From NCBI GenBank assembly GCA_020062665.1, contig JAGUVW010000061.1:22881-46880 (forward strand): a stretch of DNA of 24,000 nucleotides, given 5' to 3'. Of this stretch, positions 8,084 through 17,070 are shown piece after piece. How positions within the stretch are numbered: the stretch's first letter is position 1; every line of letters begins with the position of its first letter. The stretch comes from Pseudomonadales bacterium. Lineage in GTDB: Bacteria > Pseudomonadota > Gammaproteobacteria > Pseudomonadales > Ketobacteraceae. A program made the translations under genes and the position numbers. The notes below the pieces were generated by a model. That model saw only the letters and a program-made list of their open reading frames with translations, was not told the origin of the DNA and made no database searches.

Positions 8084-8284
8084 ATGTCAGTAGAGCAGTT
8101 TGAAACGATTGCGTTGTACCTGTGTGTTTCCGGTTTGATCGCGTACATGTTGTTTGTCATGTACAAGTTGGCAGTGGAGTCCAAGGCAGGAAAGATTGGC
8201 GCATTTGCCATTTATCTGACCTTGGGACTGGGGATCTTCGGATTTGTTGCGAAGAAGGTGCTGACCCTGGTCATCAGCGCGTGA
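8084..8284 (+). CDS. DUF2788-like small membrane protein
   Basis: A 66-aa protein with two hydrophobic helices flanking SKAGKIGAF, a pattern I associate with DUF2788. AGGA lies 8 nt upstream of ATG 8084. Confidence 0.6.
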   Translation: MSVEQFETIALYLCVSGLIAYMLFVMYKLAVESKAGKIGAFAIYLTLGLGIFGFVAKKVLTLVISA

Positions 8285-8311
8285 TGTAGGCGAACAAACA
8301 GGGCAGTTTCG

Positions 8312-8337
8312 AAAAGGCTCCTTCGCGGGGCCTTTTT
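8312..8337. terminator. Bidirectional rho-independent terminator between convergent genes
   Basis: Stem GGCTCC (8316-8321) / GGGGCC (8327-8332, one G-T pair) with loop TTCGC. It is flanked by AAAA (8312-8315) and TTTTT (8333-8337), so it can serve both strands. Confidence 0.7.
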
Positions 8338-8351
8338 CATGTCTGTGGCTT

Positions 8352-11045
8352 TCAGGTCTGTGCTTCCACCTCGTCCACTGTTTGCAGACGCAGTGGCAGC
8401 TTCACGGTGAAACAGGTGCCCTTGCCGGGCGTGCTTTCGAACGAGATGTTGCCGTTGTGCATCTTCACCAGCTGCAGGGTCAGATACAGTCCCAGCCCGG
8501 TGCTGGCCTTGCCGTCCACATAGGTATCCAGGTTCGAGAATTTCTGGAACAGCTTGCGGCTGTCTTCCGGCGAGATGCCTTTGCCGGTATCGCTGACCTT
8601 CAGCGTGATGCTGTGATCCGCGTGCGGCGCCGACAGCTGGATGTCGATGGCGCCGTGTTCGGTGGCCTTGAAGGAGTTGGACAGCAGGTTGAAGATGATC
8701 TGGCGCAGCTTCATGCGGTCGGCCAGAATCAGCACCGGCTGCGAGGGCAGGTGGCAGCTGTAATCGATGGGGCGGCCTTCAGCCAGAGGACGGGTTTCCT
8801 CGTGAATTTCTTCCATCAGCTTCACCAGATCGAACTCGGTGATCTGCAGATCCATCTGGCCTGCCTCGATTTTCGAAATGTCCAGCAGATCGTTGATCAG
8901 GGCCATGAGGTGATTGGCGCTGCGCTCGATGGTGTCGAGGGCGTCCATGTGGCGGCTTTCGATCTGGTTCAGCAGTTTCTTCTGCAGGCGTCGGGTGAAA
9001 CCCAGGATGGCGTTGAGCGGCGTGCGCAGTTCGTGGGACATATTGGCGAGAAAATGAGTTTTTGCCCGGCTCGACCGTTCCGCTAGCAGCATCGCGGTTT
9101 TCAGATCTTCTTCCGCCTGTTTGCGCTGGGTGATGTCGCTGGCCACTGCCAGCCAGCCTTCGCGCTCGTGAGAGGGATTCAGCACCGGTGTCACGCTCAG
9201 CAGTACATTGCAGTGACTGCCATCTTTTCGCGTCATCAGCCATTCGTTTTCTTCTTTGTCGCCGCGATCCTGCGCTGTGATGAACAGGTCGAAGCCGCCC
9301 ACGCGCGTGCCGTAACGGGCCAGCAGCGTATCCTGGTAGTGCTGCAGTTGTGCGCGGTCGATGAGCTGGTGGGGAAAGGTTTTGCCGATCAGTTCTTCTT
9401 CGCGGAAGCCCAGCAGTTTTTCGGTGCCGGCATTGCAGGTCAGTATCATGCCGGCGGTGTCGGTGGAGATGATGATCAGGTTGGCGCTGTCCAGAATCGC
9501 CTGCTGCATGGCCAGGCTTTTTTCCAGCAGTGTGGCGGTGAGCTGGTGCTCGCGGTTTTCGCTGGACAGTTTGCGGCTGACTTGGCGGGCTTCTTCCAGT
9601 GCGTCGTTGAGCTGATGCGTGCGCAGGTTGTACCAGTAGGCGAACTGGCCCAGTTCGTCGTCATCCGGGTGATCCAGCACGATTTCACGGTTTTCCCGCG
9701 CGGCGCGCATCACGCGGTTGGTCATGCGGCGCAGCGGGCGGAAGAACACACGCCAGATAAAGTAAAACAGCAGCAGGCCCCACACAGCAGTGCCGGCCAG
9801 AGTGATCCAGGATAGGCTGCGGCTGATGGCGCTGGCAGTGCGGGTGGTTTCGCTCACCGGAAATACAGCGACGATCTTCCAGAAGGTGTGCGGCATCTGG
9901 TAGATGGCAACATCCACCGCGGTGCGCAGCAGCAGATCGTCGCCCGCCTGGAACTGTGCCAGCAGTTCCAGATCGGTTGGCGGGGTGCCGCTGAGGTTAT
10001 GGGCGATGACGCGGGCTTCCTGCTTGTCGATCTGGTAGCTGGCGCCGGCGATGTGATCCGCCAGTTTTTTCACCTCGTCACTGTCACGATTGGCGAGGCT
10101 GGCATTGCGGTGCGATACCAGCGCGAGGCGGTCGGCAATCGGCGCGAACACCGGTTTTTGCAGTGCCAGTTCGGCGGCGAAGATGTAGTCCTGGTAGGCC
10201 TTGCCTTTTTCATCCTGGCGCCGGGTGATCACCAGCGACATGTCGGGGAAGGCGATGAACTTGTCATTGCGATCCACCACGAAGGCGTAGCCGGGCTGCT
10301 GTTTGAATGTCTGCTGGATCAGGGCGTGCACGCCTTCGAGCCTGAGATCCACGGTGACGACGCCGGCAAATTTTTCCGCGATGAAGTACGGCGTGGTGCA
10401 GGTGACCATCGGCTGTAGCGAATAGGGATCGGTATAGGAGCGCGACCAGTAGGAATCCGATCCTTGCTGGTGTTTCGCCGGGACGTACCATTCTTCCTGG
10501 TGATAGCCGGGTCCGGCAGGATCGTTGTAGCCGTTGTAGAACGCCAGTTCGCCGTGGGCATTGCGGCCCCAGAAGAAGCTGTGACGCTCGTGCTCCGGTT
10601 TGAAGGTGTGCGGTTCCGGCCAGAGTCCACCGCCGGCAATCAGGTTGCGCAGATCGGTGTTATCCAGCACGCGGGGAATGACACGCCGCATCAGGGGGTC
10701 GTCTGCCGGCAGGGTTTCGGCCAGATGGGCCAGGGAGCGGGAGACGGCCTGGGCCTGGGAAAAGTGCTGGCGCAGGGTGTTGACCAGATTGCGGCCGATG
10801 GTTTCGTTAAGTTGATGCCGCTGTTCCTGCAGCAGCGGCATGCCACGCAGCCAGATGATGGCCATGCTGCTGCCCACCAGTACGGCCAGCAGTCCCAGCA
10901 GACCCACGGCCAGGCGGAAACGAATCGACCGGTGCCAGCGGATCGCCGGGGGTGGGTTGTCCAGCGGTTCGGGCACCGGGGTTGGTGGCGGCTCTTGCAG
11001 TCCATTGGCTGAATTCATCCGGACAGTATAGTTGCGACGGATCAA
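8352..11045 (-). CDS. Sensor histidine kinase: TM, large periplasmic (Cache-like) domain, TM, HAMP, PAS, HisKA, HATPase_c; no receiver domain
   Basis: Two TM helices (LAVGLLGLLAVLVGSSMAIIWL and ITLAGTAVWGLLLFYFIWRVF) bracket about 330 aa. The H-box is FLANMSHELRTPLNAILGF, and the G-boxes are DTGKGISPEDSRKLFQKF and GLGLYLT. The start is either TTG 11045 (GGAGTAAGG upstream, overlapping the ABC1 stop) or ATG 11018. Confidence 0.85.
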   Translation of the reverse strand: MIRRNYTVRMNSANGLQEPPPTPVPEPLDNPPPAIRWHRSIRFRLAVGLLGLLAVLVGSSMAIIWLRGMPLLQEQRHQLNETIGRNLVNTLRQHFSQAQAVSRSLAHLAETLPADDPLMRRVIPRVLDNTDLRNLIAGGGLWPEPHTFKPEHERHSFFWGRNAHGELAFYNGYNDPAGPGYHQEEWYVPAKHQQGSDSYWSRSYTDPYSLQPMVTCTTPYFIAEKFAGVVTVDLRLEGVHALIQQTFKQQPGYAFVVDRNDKFIAFPDMSLVITRRQDEKGKAYQDYIFAAELALQKPVFAPIADRLALVSHRNASLANRDSDEVKKLADHIAGASYQIDKQEARVIAHNLSGTPPTDLELLAQFQAGDDLLLRTAVDVAIYQMPHTFWKIVAVFPVSETTRTASAISRSLSWITLAGTAVWGLLLFYFIWRVFFRPLRRMTNRVMRAARENREIVLDHPDDDELGQFAYWYNLRTHQLNDALEEARQVSRKLSSENREHQLTATLLEKSLAMQQAILDSANLIIISTDTAGMILTCNAGTEKLLGFREEELIGKTFPHQLIDRAQLQHYQDTLLARYGTRVGGFDLFITAQDRGDKEENEWLMTRKDGSHCNVLLSVTPVLNPSHEREGWLAVASDITQRKQAEEDLKTAMLLAERSSRAKTHFLANMSHELRTPLNAILGFTRRLQKKLLNQIESRHMDALDTIERSANHLMALINDLLDISKIEAGQMDLQITEFDLVKLMEEIHEETRPLAEGRPIDYSCHLPSQPVLILADRMKLRQIIFNLLSNSFKATEHGAIDIQLSAPHADHSITLKVSDTGKGISPEDSRKLFQKFSNLDTYVDGKASTGLGLYLTLQLVKMHNGNISFESTPGKGTCFTVKLPLRLQTVDEVEAQT

Positions 11046-11051
11046 AGAGCC

Positions 11052-12719
11052 TTACTCCGTGCTGCGATAGCCCCACCAGGTGGCCAGCAGCAGCCAGTTG
11101 ATGACGCCCACCGATCCCAGGAATGTCACGATGCCCACTACATGCATGCCCCACAGCTTGGGGCCTTGCGGCAGCAGCATCAGCAGGCACGACGCCAGCA
11201 GAAAGCCCACGGCCACCATCAGCTGGATCTGCCGGTAACGCAGGCGTTCCTGCCGGCGTGCCAGCAGTTCGATCATCTGACGATCGACCTGGGGCGCGGC
11301 GGTGAGGGATTCCTGGGGTGAAAGCATTTCCCCTTCGTCGAACCAGCTGTCCACATAGTTGAACGCGCGCAGGCCGAGCTTGCGCACCAGCGTGGTGGGT
11401 TTGTAGCGCTCCTTGCCCCAGGTTTTCAGCAGTTCCTGGGCTTCGGTCATCAGATCGAACTGGGGGTAGAGCAGGCGGCCGAAGCCTTCCAGCGTCACGC
11501 AGGTCTTGCTCAGCATGGCGATGTCCGGTGGCAGGGAAATGTCGTGCACGCGCAACGCTTCTGCGGCCTGATCGATGATGCGCGGGATGTCGAGCTGATC
11601 CAGCGGCACACCGTAATAGTTCTGCATGAAATCTTCGCACTCACTGACGAGCTGCTCGAAGTTCACCGGCTTGTTGGCCCACTGCTGCAGGATGCGCACG
11701 GCGGCGGGAATCTCGCCGAACACCGCGTGGCGAACCAGCTTCATCAACTGTTCGCGCCGGGTGTTGGAGAGGCGCCCCACCATGCCGAAATCCAGAATCG
11801 CGATGCCATTGCGCGGCAGCACCAGGATGTTGCCGGGATGGGGATCGGCGTGGAAGAAGCCGTCCACCAGCATCATGTGCCAGGCCACTTTGGCGCCGCG
11901 TTTGGCAATCAGCTTGCGATCCAGGCCGGCGGCTTCGATCTCGGCGATGTTGCGGGCGGGAATGCCGTCGATGAATTCCTGCACGTTGAGGTCTTCGCAG
12001 GTCCACTCCCAGTAGATGCGGGGAATTTTTGCAAACTTGAACTGGGCAATGTTATGGGCGATGCGCTCGGCATTCTTGCACTCCACACTGAAATCCAGTT
12101 CCCGTAGCAGGGAGCGTTCGAACTCGCGCACGATCTGGAACGGGCTGTAGCGTTTCAGTTCCACCGACTGGCTTTCTGCCAGCCGCGCCACGTATTTCAG
12201 CAGGCGCAGATCGGCTTCGATTTTTTCGCGGATATTGGGCTTGCGGATTTTCAGCACCACCTTGTCGCCGGTGATGGTGACGGCGCGGTGCACCTGGGCC
12301 ATGGATGCGGTGCCGAGGGGCTTTTCATCCACCGAACGGAACACGGCGTGAATGGGTTTGCCCAGGGAGCGTTCCACCTGTGGACGCAGTTCCTCAAACG
12401 GCGTGGCGGGAACATCGTCCTGCAGGCGACCGAATTCGGCGATCCACTCGGCGGAAAACAGATCCACCCGGGTTGCCAGGATCTGTCCCAGCTTGATGAA
12501 CGACGGCCCCATTTCCTCCATGGCGCGACGGGCACGCTCCGGCGGTTCCAGATGCAGGAAGTCCTCGGACATCTGATAGCGGATCAGCTTGCCGGCGCGC
12601 TCCAGGCTGGCGGCCAGACCCACCCGGCGGATCAGGTCGCCGAAGCCGTATTTGATCAGGATGTTGCTGAGTTCGTTGAGCCTGCGCAGGTCTTTGCCTG
12701 CCTTCAGAATTTCCATCAT
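11052..12719 (-). CDS. ABC1/AarF/UbiB-family atypical kinase with two C-terminal TM helices
   Basis: ABC1 signatures FIKLGQILATRVDLF, ASMAQVHRA, KIRKPNI and FHADPHPGNILV, plus C-terminal hydrophobic helices. Length is 555 aa. Confidence 0.85.
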   Translation of the reverse strand: MMEILKAGKDLRRLNELSNILIKYGFGDLIRRVGLAASLERAGKLIRYQMSEDFLHLEPPERARRAMEEMGPSFIKLGQILATRVDLFSAEWIAEFGRLQDDVPATPFEELRPQVERSLGKPIHAVFRSVDEKPLGTASMAQVHRAVTITGDKVVLKIRKPNIREKIEADLRLLKYVARLAESQSVELKRYSPFQIVREFERSLLRELDFSVECKNAERIAHNIAQFKFAKIPRIYWEWTCEDLNVQEFIDGIPARNIAEIEAAGLDRKLIAKRGAKVAWHMMLVDGFFHADPHPGNILVLPRNGIAILDFGMVGRLSNTRREQLMKLVRHAVFGEIPAAVRILQQWANKPVNFEQLVSECEDFMQNYYGVPLDQLDIPRIIDQAAEALRVHDISLPPDIAMLSKTCVTLEGFGRLLYPQFDLMTEAQELLKTWGKERYKPTTLVRKLGLRAFNYVDSWFDEGEMLSPQESLTAAPQVDRQMIELLARRQERLRYRQIQLMVAVGFLLASCLLMLLPQGPKLWGMHVVGIVTFLGSVGVINWLLLATWWGYRSTE

Positions 12720-12834
12720 GGACGGGATCCTTGCAACGTGGAGCGTTCAGGGTTGGATTCTAGCGGTATCGAGGCAGGGCAGCACAATGGCGGTAACGAT
12801 CAATTGGAAAAAAAGGAGGGAGTCAGGGCGGGAG

Positions 12835-12863
12835 GTGCGGAAGGTGGGGGACGCCTTCCGCAC
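12835..12863 (-). terminator. Hairpin downstream of the OM beta-barrel gene (possible terminator)
   Basis: Perfect 10-bp stem GTGCGGAAGG (12835-12844) / CCTTCCGCAC (12854-12863). On the minus strand the nearest T-run is about 20 nt further on, so this is not a canonical intrinsic terminator. Confidence 0.35.
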
Positions 12864-12874
12864 AGTGGAAAACA

Positions 12875-13402
12875 TCAGAACGTATAGGACGCACCAATGG
12901 AATAGAAATCGATGTCGACGCCATCCAGGTCATAGATTTCGTACTCAGCCCGCAAGGCAAAAGAGCCGAGTTGGAACTTGGCGCCCACACCGTAGGCGGG
13001 GTCGGTGCCATCCTCGGATGCACTGCCAAAGTCGGAATCTACATCGGCGTCCCAGGCAAAGTAGCCGGCCTTGGCAAAAATACCCACCGGGCCAAGGTCG
13101 AAGCCCAGTAATGCAGACAAGGTCCAGGCGTCGGCATCCAGGGACGTTGAATCTTCATCGCCGTCGAAGGAGCCAAAGTCGATGTAGTTGACCTCGGCTG
13201 CCAGGTTTACAACAGGTACCATGCCGAAGTTGTAGCCCGCAAAAATCTTGTAGCCGTTGGCGGTATCGTCGAGCCCTTCTTCCGAAATCTCGGTGGATCC
13301 CACGGAGCCCCCGATATAGAGACCGCTTTCCCCACCCGCCAGTGCTGCTGACGACAGGGTTGCGGCTGCTATTGCCAGCGCGAGTGTTGTTACGCGTTTC
13401 AT
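12875..13402 (-). CDS. Small outer-membrane beta-barrel protein (OmpA-like TM / OMP_b-brl type)
   Basis: Signal peptide MKRVTTLALAIAAATLSSAALA, alternating amphipathic strands, acidic loops and a C-terminal ...SYTF. GGAGG lies 8 nt upstream of the ATG. Confidence 0.8.
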   Translation of the reverse strand: MKRVTTLALAIAAATLSSAALAGGESGLYIGGSVGSTEISEEGLDDTANGYKIFAGYNFGMVPVVNLAAEVNYIDFGSFDGDEDSTSLDADAWTLSALLGFDLGPVGIFAKAGYFAWDADVDSDFGSASEDGTDPAYGVGAKFQLGSFALRAEYEIYDLDGVDIDFYSIGASYTF

Positions 13403-13539
13403 AGATGTGCCTCCAAGCGTTATAGGTTTCGCATCCCGAACTTAGTTCTTTTTGCTTTTGCTGTCCAACGGCATGAAAAATAGTGAATGAAAATTTGACG
13501 AATGGCAGTATTGTACCGTCTCGTGAGAGGGGGACTTGG

Positions 13540-14238
13540 ATGCTCTATCATTTGGCTACGCTGGTTTTGTCGCCAGTGTTTCTGTTGCAGGGGATGTGGG
13601 TGCGCCGGGTTACGCCGCTGCTGCCGGAACCGGAAGGTGCCCGGCAAGGGGTATGGGGAACGGGCCCGGATTTGCGCCTGTTGATTCTGGGCGATTCCGC
13701 TGCGGCGGGTGTTGGTGTTGAATCCCAGGCCGAAGCGTTGTCGGGAAAACTGGTGGCAGCCCTGGGCACGTTTTACCGGGTGCACTGGCAGTTGCTGGCC
13801 ACTACCGGACACGATTCCGCCGAAGTGCTGGCACGTCTGCAGGCCGAACCTGCGGCGACATTCGACGTAGTGGTGATTTCGGTGGGGGTGAACGATGTCA
13901 CCGGACGCACGTCGACGGCACGCTGGCAGCAGAATCTGCAGGCCATTGCGGATCTGCTGGTGGATCGCTTCCAGGCGCGCAAGATTCTGTTTTCCAGTCT
14001 GCCGCCCATGCATTTTTTTCCGGCGCTGCCGCAGCCACTGCGCTGGTGGTTGGGATTGCGCGCAAACACGCTGCGCCGACAGCTGCGAAGAATGGCGATT
14101 CAGCATCCCTATTGTCAGTTTGTCGATGTCGCGTTTCCGTTTGATCTTCAATACATGGCGGCCGATGGTTTTCATCCTGGCCCGGCGGCGTATGCCATGT
14201 GGAGTGAACATCTGGCAGCGGTGATTCGCAATGGTTGA
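13540..14238 (+). CDS. SGNH/GDSL-family hydrolase
   Basis: Block I ILGDSAAAGVG, block III GVNDV and block V DGFHPG. There is an N-terminal hydrophobic segment. A purine-rich SD (GAGAGGGGGA) precedes ATG 13540. The supplied ORF starts 57 nt earlier without an SD. Confidence 0.8.
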   Translation: MLYHLATLVLSPVFLLQGMWVRRVTPLLPEPEGARQGVWGTGPDLRLLILGDSAAAGVGVESQAEALSGKLVAALGTFYRVHWQLLATTGHDSAEVLARLQAEPAATFDVVVISVGVNDVTGRTSTARWQQNLQAIADLLVDRFQARKILFSSLPPMHFFPALPQPLRWWLGLRANTLRRQLRRMAIQHPYCQFVDVAFPFDLQYMAADGFHPGPAAYAMWSEHLAAVIRNG

Positions 14239-15028
14239 TTTTATCGAACGTTATGGGCCGTGGGCGCTGGTGACGGGTGCAGGCAATGGGCTGGGTGCGG
14301 AGTATGCCCGGCAGCTGGCCGCGCGCGCACTCAACGTTGTAATCGTCGATGTGGACACGGCGGGTTTGGATGCGGTTGCGGCAGAGTTGCGTGGCGCTTT
14401 TGGTGTTGAGATCCGAACAGTGACGGTGGATCTGACGCAGGCAGATTTCATGACGCCGATCCTGGCTGCCACGAGCGGTCTGGACGTGGGGCTGGTGATC
14501 AACAATGCGGGCATCAGCGGGCTGGGATTGTTCCAGCACAAGCCGCTGGCAGATCATTTGGCGGTGGTGGATGTGAATGTGCGTGCACCGTTGATGCTGA
14601 CCCATCATTTCGTACCGCAGCTGGTGCAACGGGGGCGGGGTGGTTTGCTGTTCGTGTCGTCGCTGTCGGCACTGCAAGGCACGGCGCACGTCGCCAATTA
14701 CGCGGCCACCAAAGCCTGGAATCTGATTTTTGCCGAAGGCCTGTGGGAAGAGCTGCGCGACACAGGCGTGGATGTGCTGGGCTATCTGGTGGGATCAACC
14801 CGCACGCCTGGATTTGTCGGTTCGCGGCCCAAATTGGACAAAGCCCGGATGGTGACGGTGATGGAAATGTCCGACACCGTGCGTGGTGCTCTGGATGGAT
14901 TGGGCAACGGGCCTGTCCAGGTGGCGGGCCGCGGCAATGCCTGGTCGGCGGCGCTGCTGAGCCGATTGTTGCCGCGCAAGTGGGCCGTGAGGCTGGTATC
15001 TGCCACCACGCGGGCCATGTACGGCTGA
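14231..15028 (+). CDS. SDR-family NAD(P)-dependent oxidoreductase
   Basis: TGAGNGLG cofactor motif, NNAG, and the catalytic S...YAATK. It overlaps the SGNH stop by 8 nt. Confidence 0.85.
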   Translation: MVDFIERYGPWALVTGAGNGLGAEYARQLAARALNVVIVDVDTAGLDAVAAELRGAFGVEIRTVTVDLTQADFMTPILAATSGLDVGLVINNAGISGLGLFQHKPLADHLAVVDVNVRAPLMLTHHFVPQLVQRGRGGLLFVSSLSALQGTAHVANYAATKAWNLIFAEGLWEELRDTGVDVLGYLVGSTRTPGFVGSRPKLDKARMVTVMEMSDTVRGALDGLGNGPVQVAGRGNAWSAALLSRLLPRKWAVRLVSATTRAMYG

Positions 15029-15040
15029 ATCCAGACAGGA

Positions 15041-15072
15041 TTGACTCTGGTGTCGACTCCAGGGTTTATACT
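15041..15072 (+). promoter_or_regulatory. MerR-type (ZntR) operator-promoter with a long spacer
   Basis: TTGACT (15041-15046), a 20-nt spacer, then TATACT (15067-15072). The spacer holds the imperfect palindrome CTGGTGTCGACTCCAG (2 mismatched positions of 16). This is very close to the E. coli PzntA arrangement as I remember it (TTGACTCTGGAGTCGACTCCAGAGTGTATCCT). Confidence 0.75.
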
Positions 15073-15104
15073 CCATTCACGCGCTTGATTGCAGGTGAGT
15101 GTTC

Positions 15105-15521
15105 ATGAAGATCGGCCAGATTGCCAAAGCCAGCGGGGTGCGCATCGACACTCTGCGTTACTACGAAAAGGAAGGCCTGATCCGGCCTTCGTTCCGCACC
15201 GATGCCGGCTATCGCGAGTACGATCAGTCCGCCGTGCAGCAGATGCAGTTCATTCTGAAAGCGAAAGCCTTGGGTTTCAGTCTGCAGGAAATCCGTGAGC
15301 TGCTGTCACTGCGCATCGATCGCGACCATCATCCCTGTTCCGAGGTGAAGGAGCTGGCAGAAGCCAAGCTCGCCAGCATCGAGGAAAAGATCGCCGAGCT
15401 GCAGCGGATGCATCGCGCGCTGAAGCGGATTTCCGATCAGTGCTGCGGCGGCGCCGAGCCTGCCACCCATTGTTCGATTCTGGATTCGCTGGAACGTGCT
15501 GTCAGCGCGGATAGCCAGTGA
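15105..15521 (+). CDS. zntR: Zn(II)/Cd/Pb-responsive MerR-family regulator ZntR
   Basis: [26 protein letters not shown] is the MerR HTH. The metal ligands sit as in E. coli ZntR: [12 protein letters not shown] (Cys79 equivalent) and [16 protein letters not shown] (Cys114/115, Cys124 equivalents). AGGTGA lies 6 nt upstream of ATG 15105. Confidence 0.85.
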   Translation: MKIGQIAKASGVRIDTLRYYEKEGLIRPSFRTDAGYREYDQSAVQQMQFILKAKALGFSLQEIRELLSLRIDRDHHPCSEVKELAEAKLASIEEKIAELQRMHRALKRISDQCCGGAEPATHCSILDSLERAVSADSQ

Positions 15522-17070
15522 TGTGGCGGATAGCCCGGTACAGCGGGCTGAGGTTTTCATACATTTTCTGGTACACCTCGTGGTAGAGCTTGTTATACAG
15601 ACGGCGGTTCGCTGCGTTGGGGTGAAAGGTGTCGCCACGATGGGTCATGTGGTGGATCGCGGTGGCGTGATCCGGATACAAGCCGGCGCCGACAGCCGCA
15701 TTGATGGCAGCACCCAGACCCGAGGTTTCATAGGTGTGGGGCCGCTCGGCGGGCATGCCGAAAATGTCAGCGGTGATCTGCATGGCTTCGTCGCTTTGGG
15801 AGCCGCCGCCTGACACACGCAGGGTTTTTATTTTGATGCCACTGCGCTGTTCGACTTTTTCTTTGCCTTCCCGCAGTGCGTAGGCAAGTCCTTCGATGAT
15901 GGCGCGATAAATGTGGGCGCGGGTGTGCACGTCGCCGAAACCGATGATGGCGCCTTTGGCTTCCGGCCCGGGCTGACGCACGCCGGGCGACCAGTACGGC
16001 TGCAGCATCAGGCCCATCGATCCGGCGGGCACTTCTTTCAGCAATTCATCGAACAATTGTTCCGGCTCAATGCCCCTTTCCTTCGCCTGCAGCTCTTCGC
16101 GCTGGCCGAATTCCTTGCGAAACCAGTTCACCATCCAGTAGCCGCGCTGCACGATGATTTCGGTGTTGTAGGCGCCGGGAATCGCGGCAGGATAGGGCGG
16201 TACCATCTTGATGGTTTCCAGATAACGCGGATTGGTGGTGTTGAAGGTGGCGGTAGTGCCGTAGCTGAGGCTGCCCATGTCCGGTGTCAGACAGCCGGAG
16301 CCGATCACTTCGCAGGCTTTGTCGGCGCCGGCGGAAATCAGTGGCAGTCCGGCGGGAATACCGGTTTCTTCGGCTGCCTTGTCGCTGATGCGGCCCAGGG
16401 TTTGTCCTGGCGGCACCAGATCCGGCAACTGCTGCCGCCGGATCGTGAGCGCCTGCCATTTCCAGTCCGCCAGGCCGGCCCAGCGGAAACGTTTGAAGTC
16501 GAACGGCAGATAGCCCACCTGCGCCGCCACGGAATCCACGAAACGCCCGGTGAGTTTGTAGGTGTGGTAGCCGGACAGCAGCAGATATTTATGGGTTTGC
16601 TGCCAGATGTCCGGCTGCTGCTGCGCGAGCCAGTTGCATTCTGCCTGGCTGCGAAAATAATTCAGCGTGTCGCCCTGGCCGCTGAGTTTGATGAGCTTGT
16701 CCCAGGCCCCGCCCATGGGCGCAAGGTCATCGACCCGGCGTTGATCCAGCCAGACAATCGCGGGCCGCAGCGGATGGCCGTGCTTGTCCAGATTGATCAC
16801 TGTGGCGCGCTGGGTGGTGAGCGCCACTGCCGCAATGCGCGAACGGGGGAAATCGATCATCCGCCACAATTGCTGGCAGGCCTGACACAGACTGTTCCAG
16901 TAATACTCGGGATGCTGTTCTGCCCAGCCGGGATTCACCGAAAAATAGGCTTCCAGTGGCACTTTGCTTTTGGCGATCAGCTGGCCGTGCAGGTCGAATA
17001 TCAGCGCCCGCACGCTCTGGGTGCCGTTGTCGATCGCCAGCACATAGGATTTGTCGTTGTTAGCGGTCAT
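15502..17070 (-). CDS. FGGY-family carbohydrate/polyol kinase
   Basis: N-terminal phosphate-1 motif [18 protein letters not shown]. Later motifs are [12 protein letters not shown] and [22 protein letters not shown]. Length is 522 aa. It overlaps the upstream gene by 11 nt. Confidence 0.85.
   Translation of the reverse strand: MTANNDKSYVLAIDNGTQSVRALIFDLHGQLIAKSKVPLEAYFSVNPGWAEQHPEYYWNSLCQACQQLWRMIDFPRSRIAAVALTTQRATVINLDKHGHPLRPAIVWLDQRRVDDLAPMGGAWDKLIKLSGQGDTLNYFRSQAECNWLAQQQPDIWQQTHKYLLLSGYHTYKLTGRFVDSVAAQVGYLPFDFKRFRWAGLADWKWQALTIRRQQLPDLVPPGQTLGRISDKAAEETGIPAGLPLISAGADKACEVIGSGCLTPDMGSLSYGTTATFNTTNPRYLETIKMVPPYPAAIPGAYNTEIIVQRGYWMVNWFRKEFGQREELQAKERGIEPEQLFDELLKEVPAGSMGLMLQPYWSPGVRQPGPEAKGAIIGFGDVHTRAHIYRAIIEGLAYALREGKEKVEQRSGIKIKTLRVSGGGSQSDEAMQITADIFGMPAERPHTYETSGLGAAINAAVGAGLYPDHATAIHHMTHRGDTFHPNAANRRLYNKLYHEVYQKMYENLSPLYRAIRHITGYPR

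Noticed and set aside
7990-8211. A minus-strand 73-aa ORF in the AT-rich region opposite the DUF2788 gene.
   Set aside because: It has no motif, and it overlaps a plus-strand ORF with a clear two-helix membrane-protein pattern and a good SD.
11052-12719. Naming the ABC1 kinase ubiB, the long phosphorylase deoA, the Prs-like gene prs, and the FGGY/GlpD-like genes glpK/glpD.
   Set aside because: Gene context (no ubiE/ubiJ, no deo or glp regulon genes), atypical length (511 aa versus about 440 aa) and altered motifs (YMRQDIAF) argue these are paralogues. I give family-level calls only.
12805-12850. A purine-rich tract with four G3+ runs (12818-20, 12826-28, 12830-32, 12846-50) that could form a G-quadruplex upstream of the ABC1-HK operon.
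   Set aside because: One loop would be 13 nt, and the last G-run lies in the loop of the 10-bp hairpin at 12835-12863. Such runs are common by chance in high-GC intergenic DNA. It is not distinguishable from background without genome-wide statistics.
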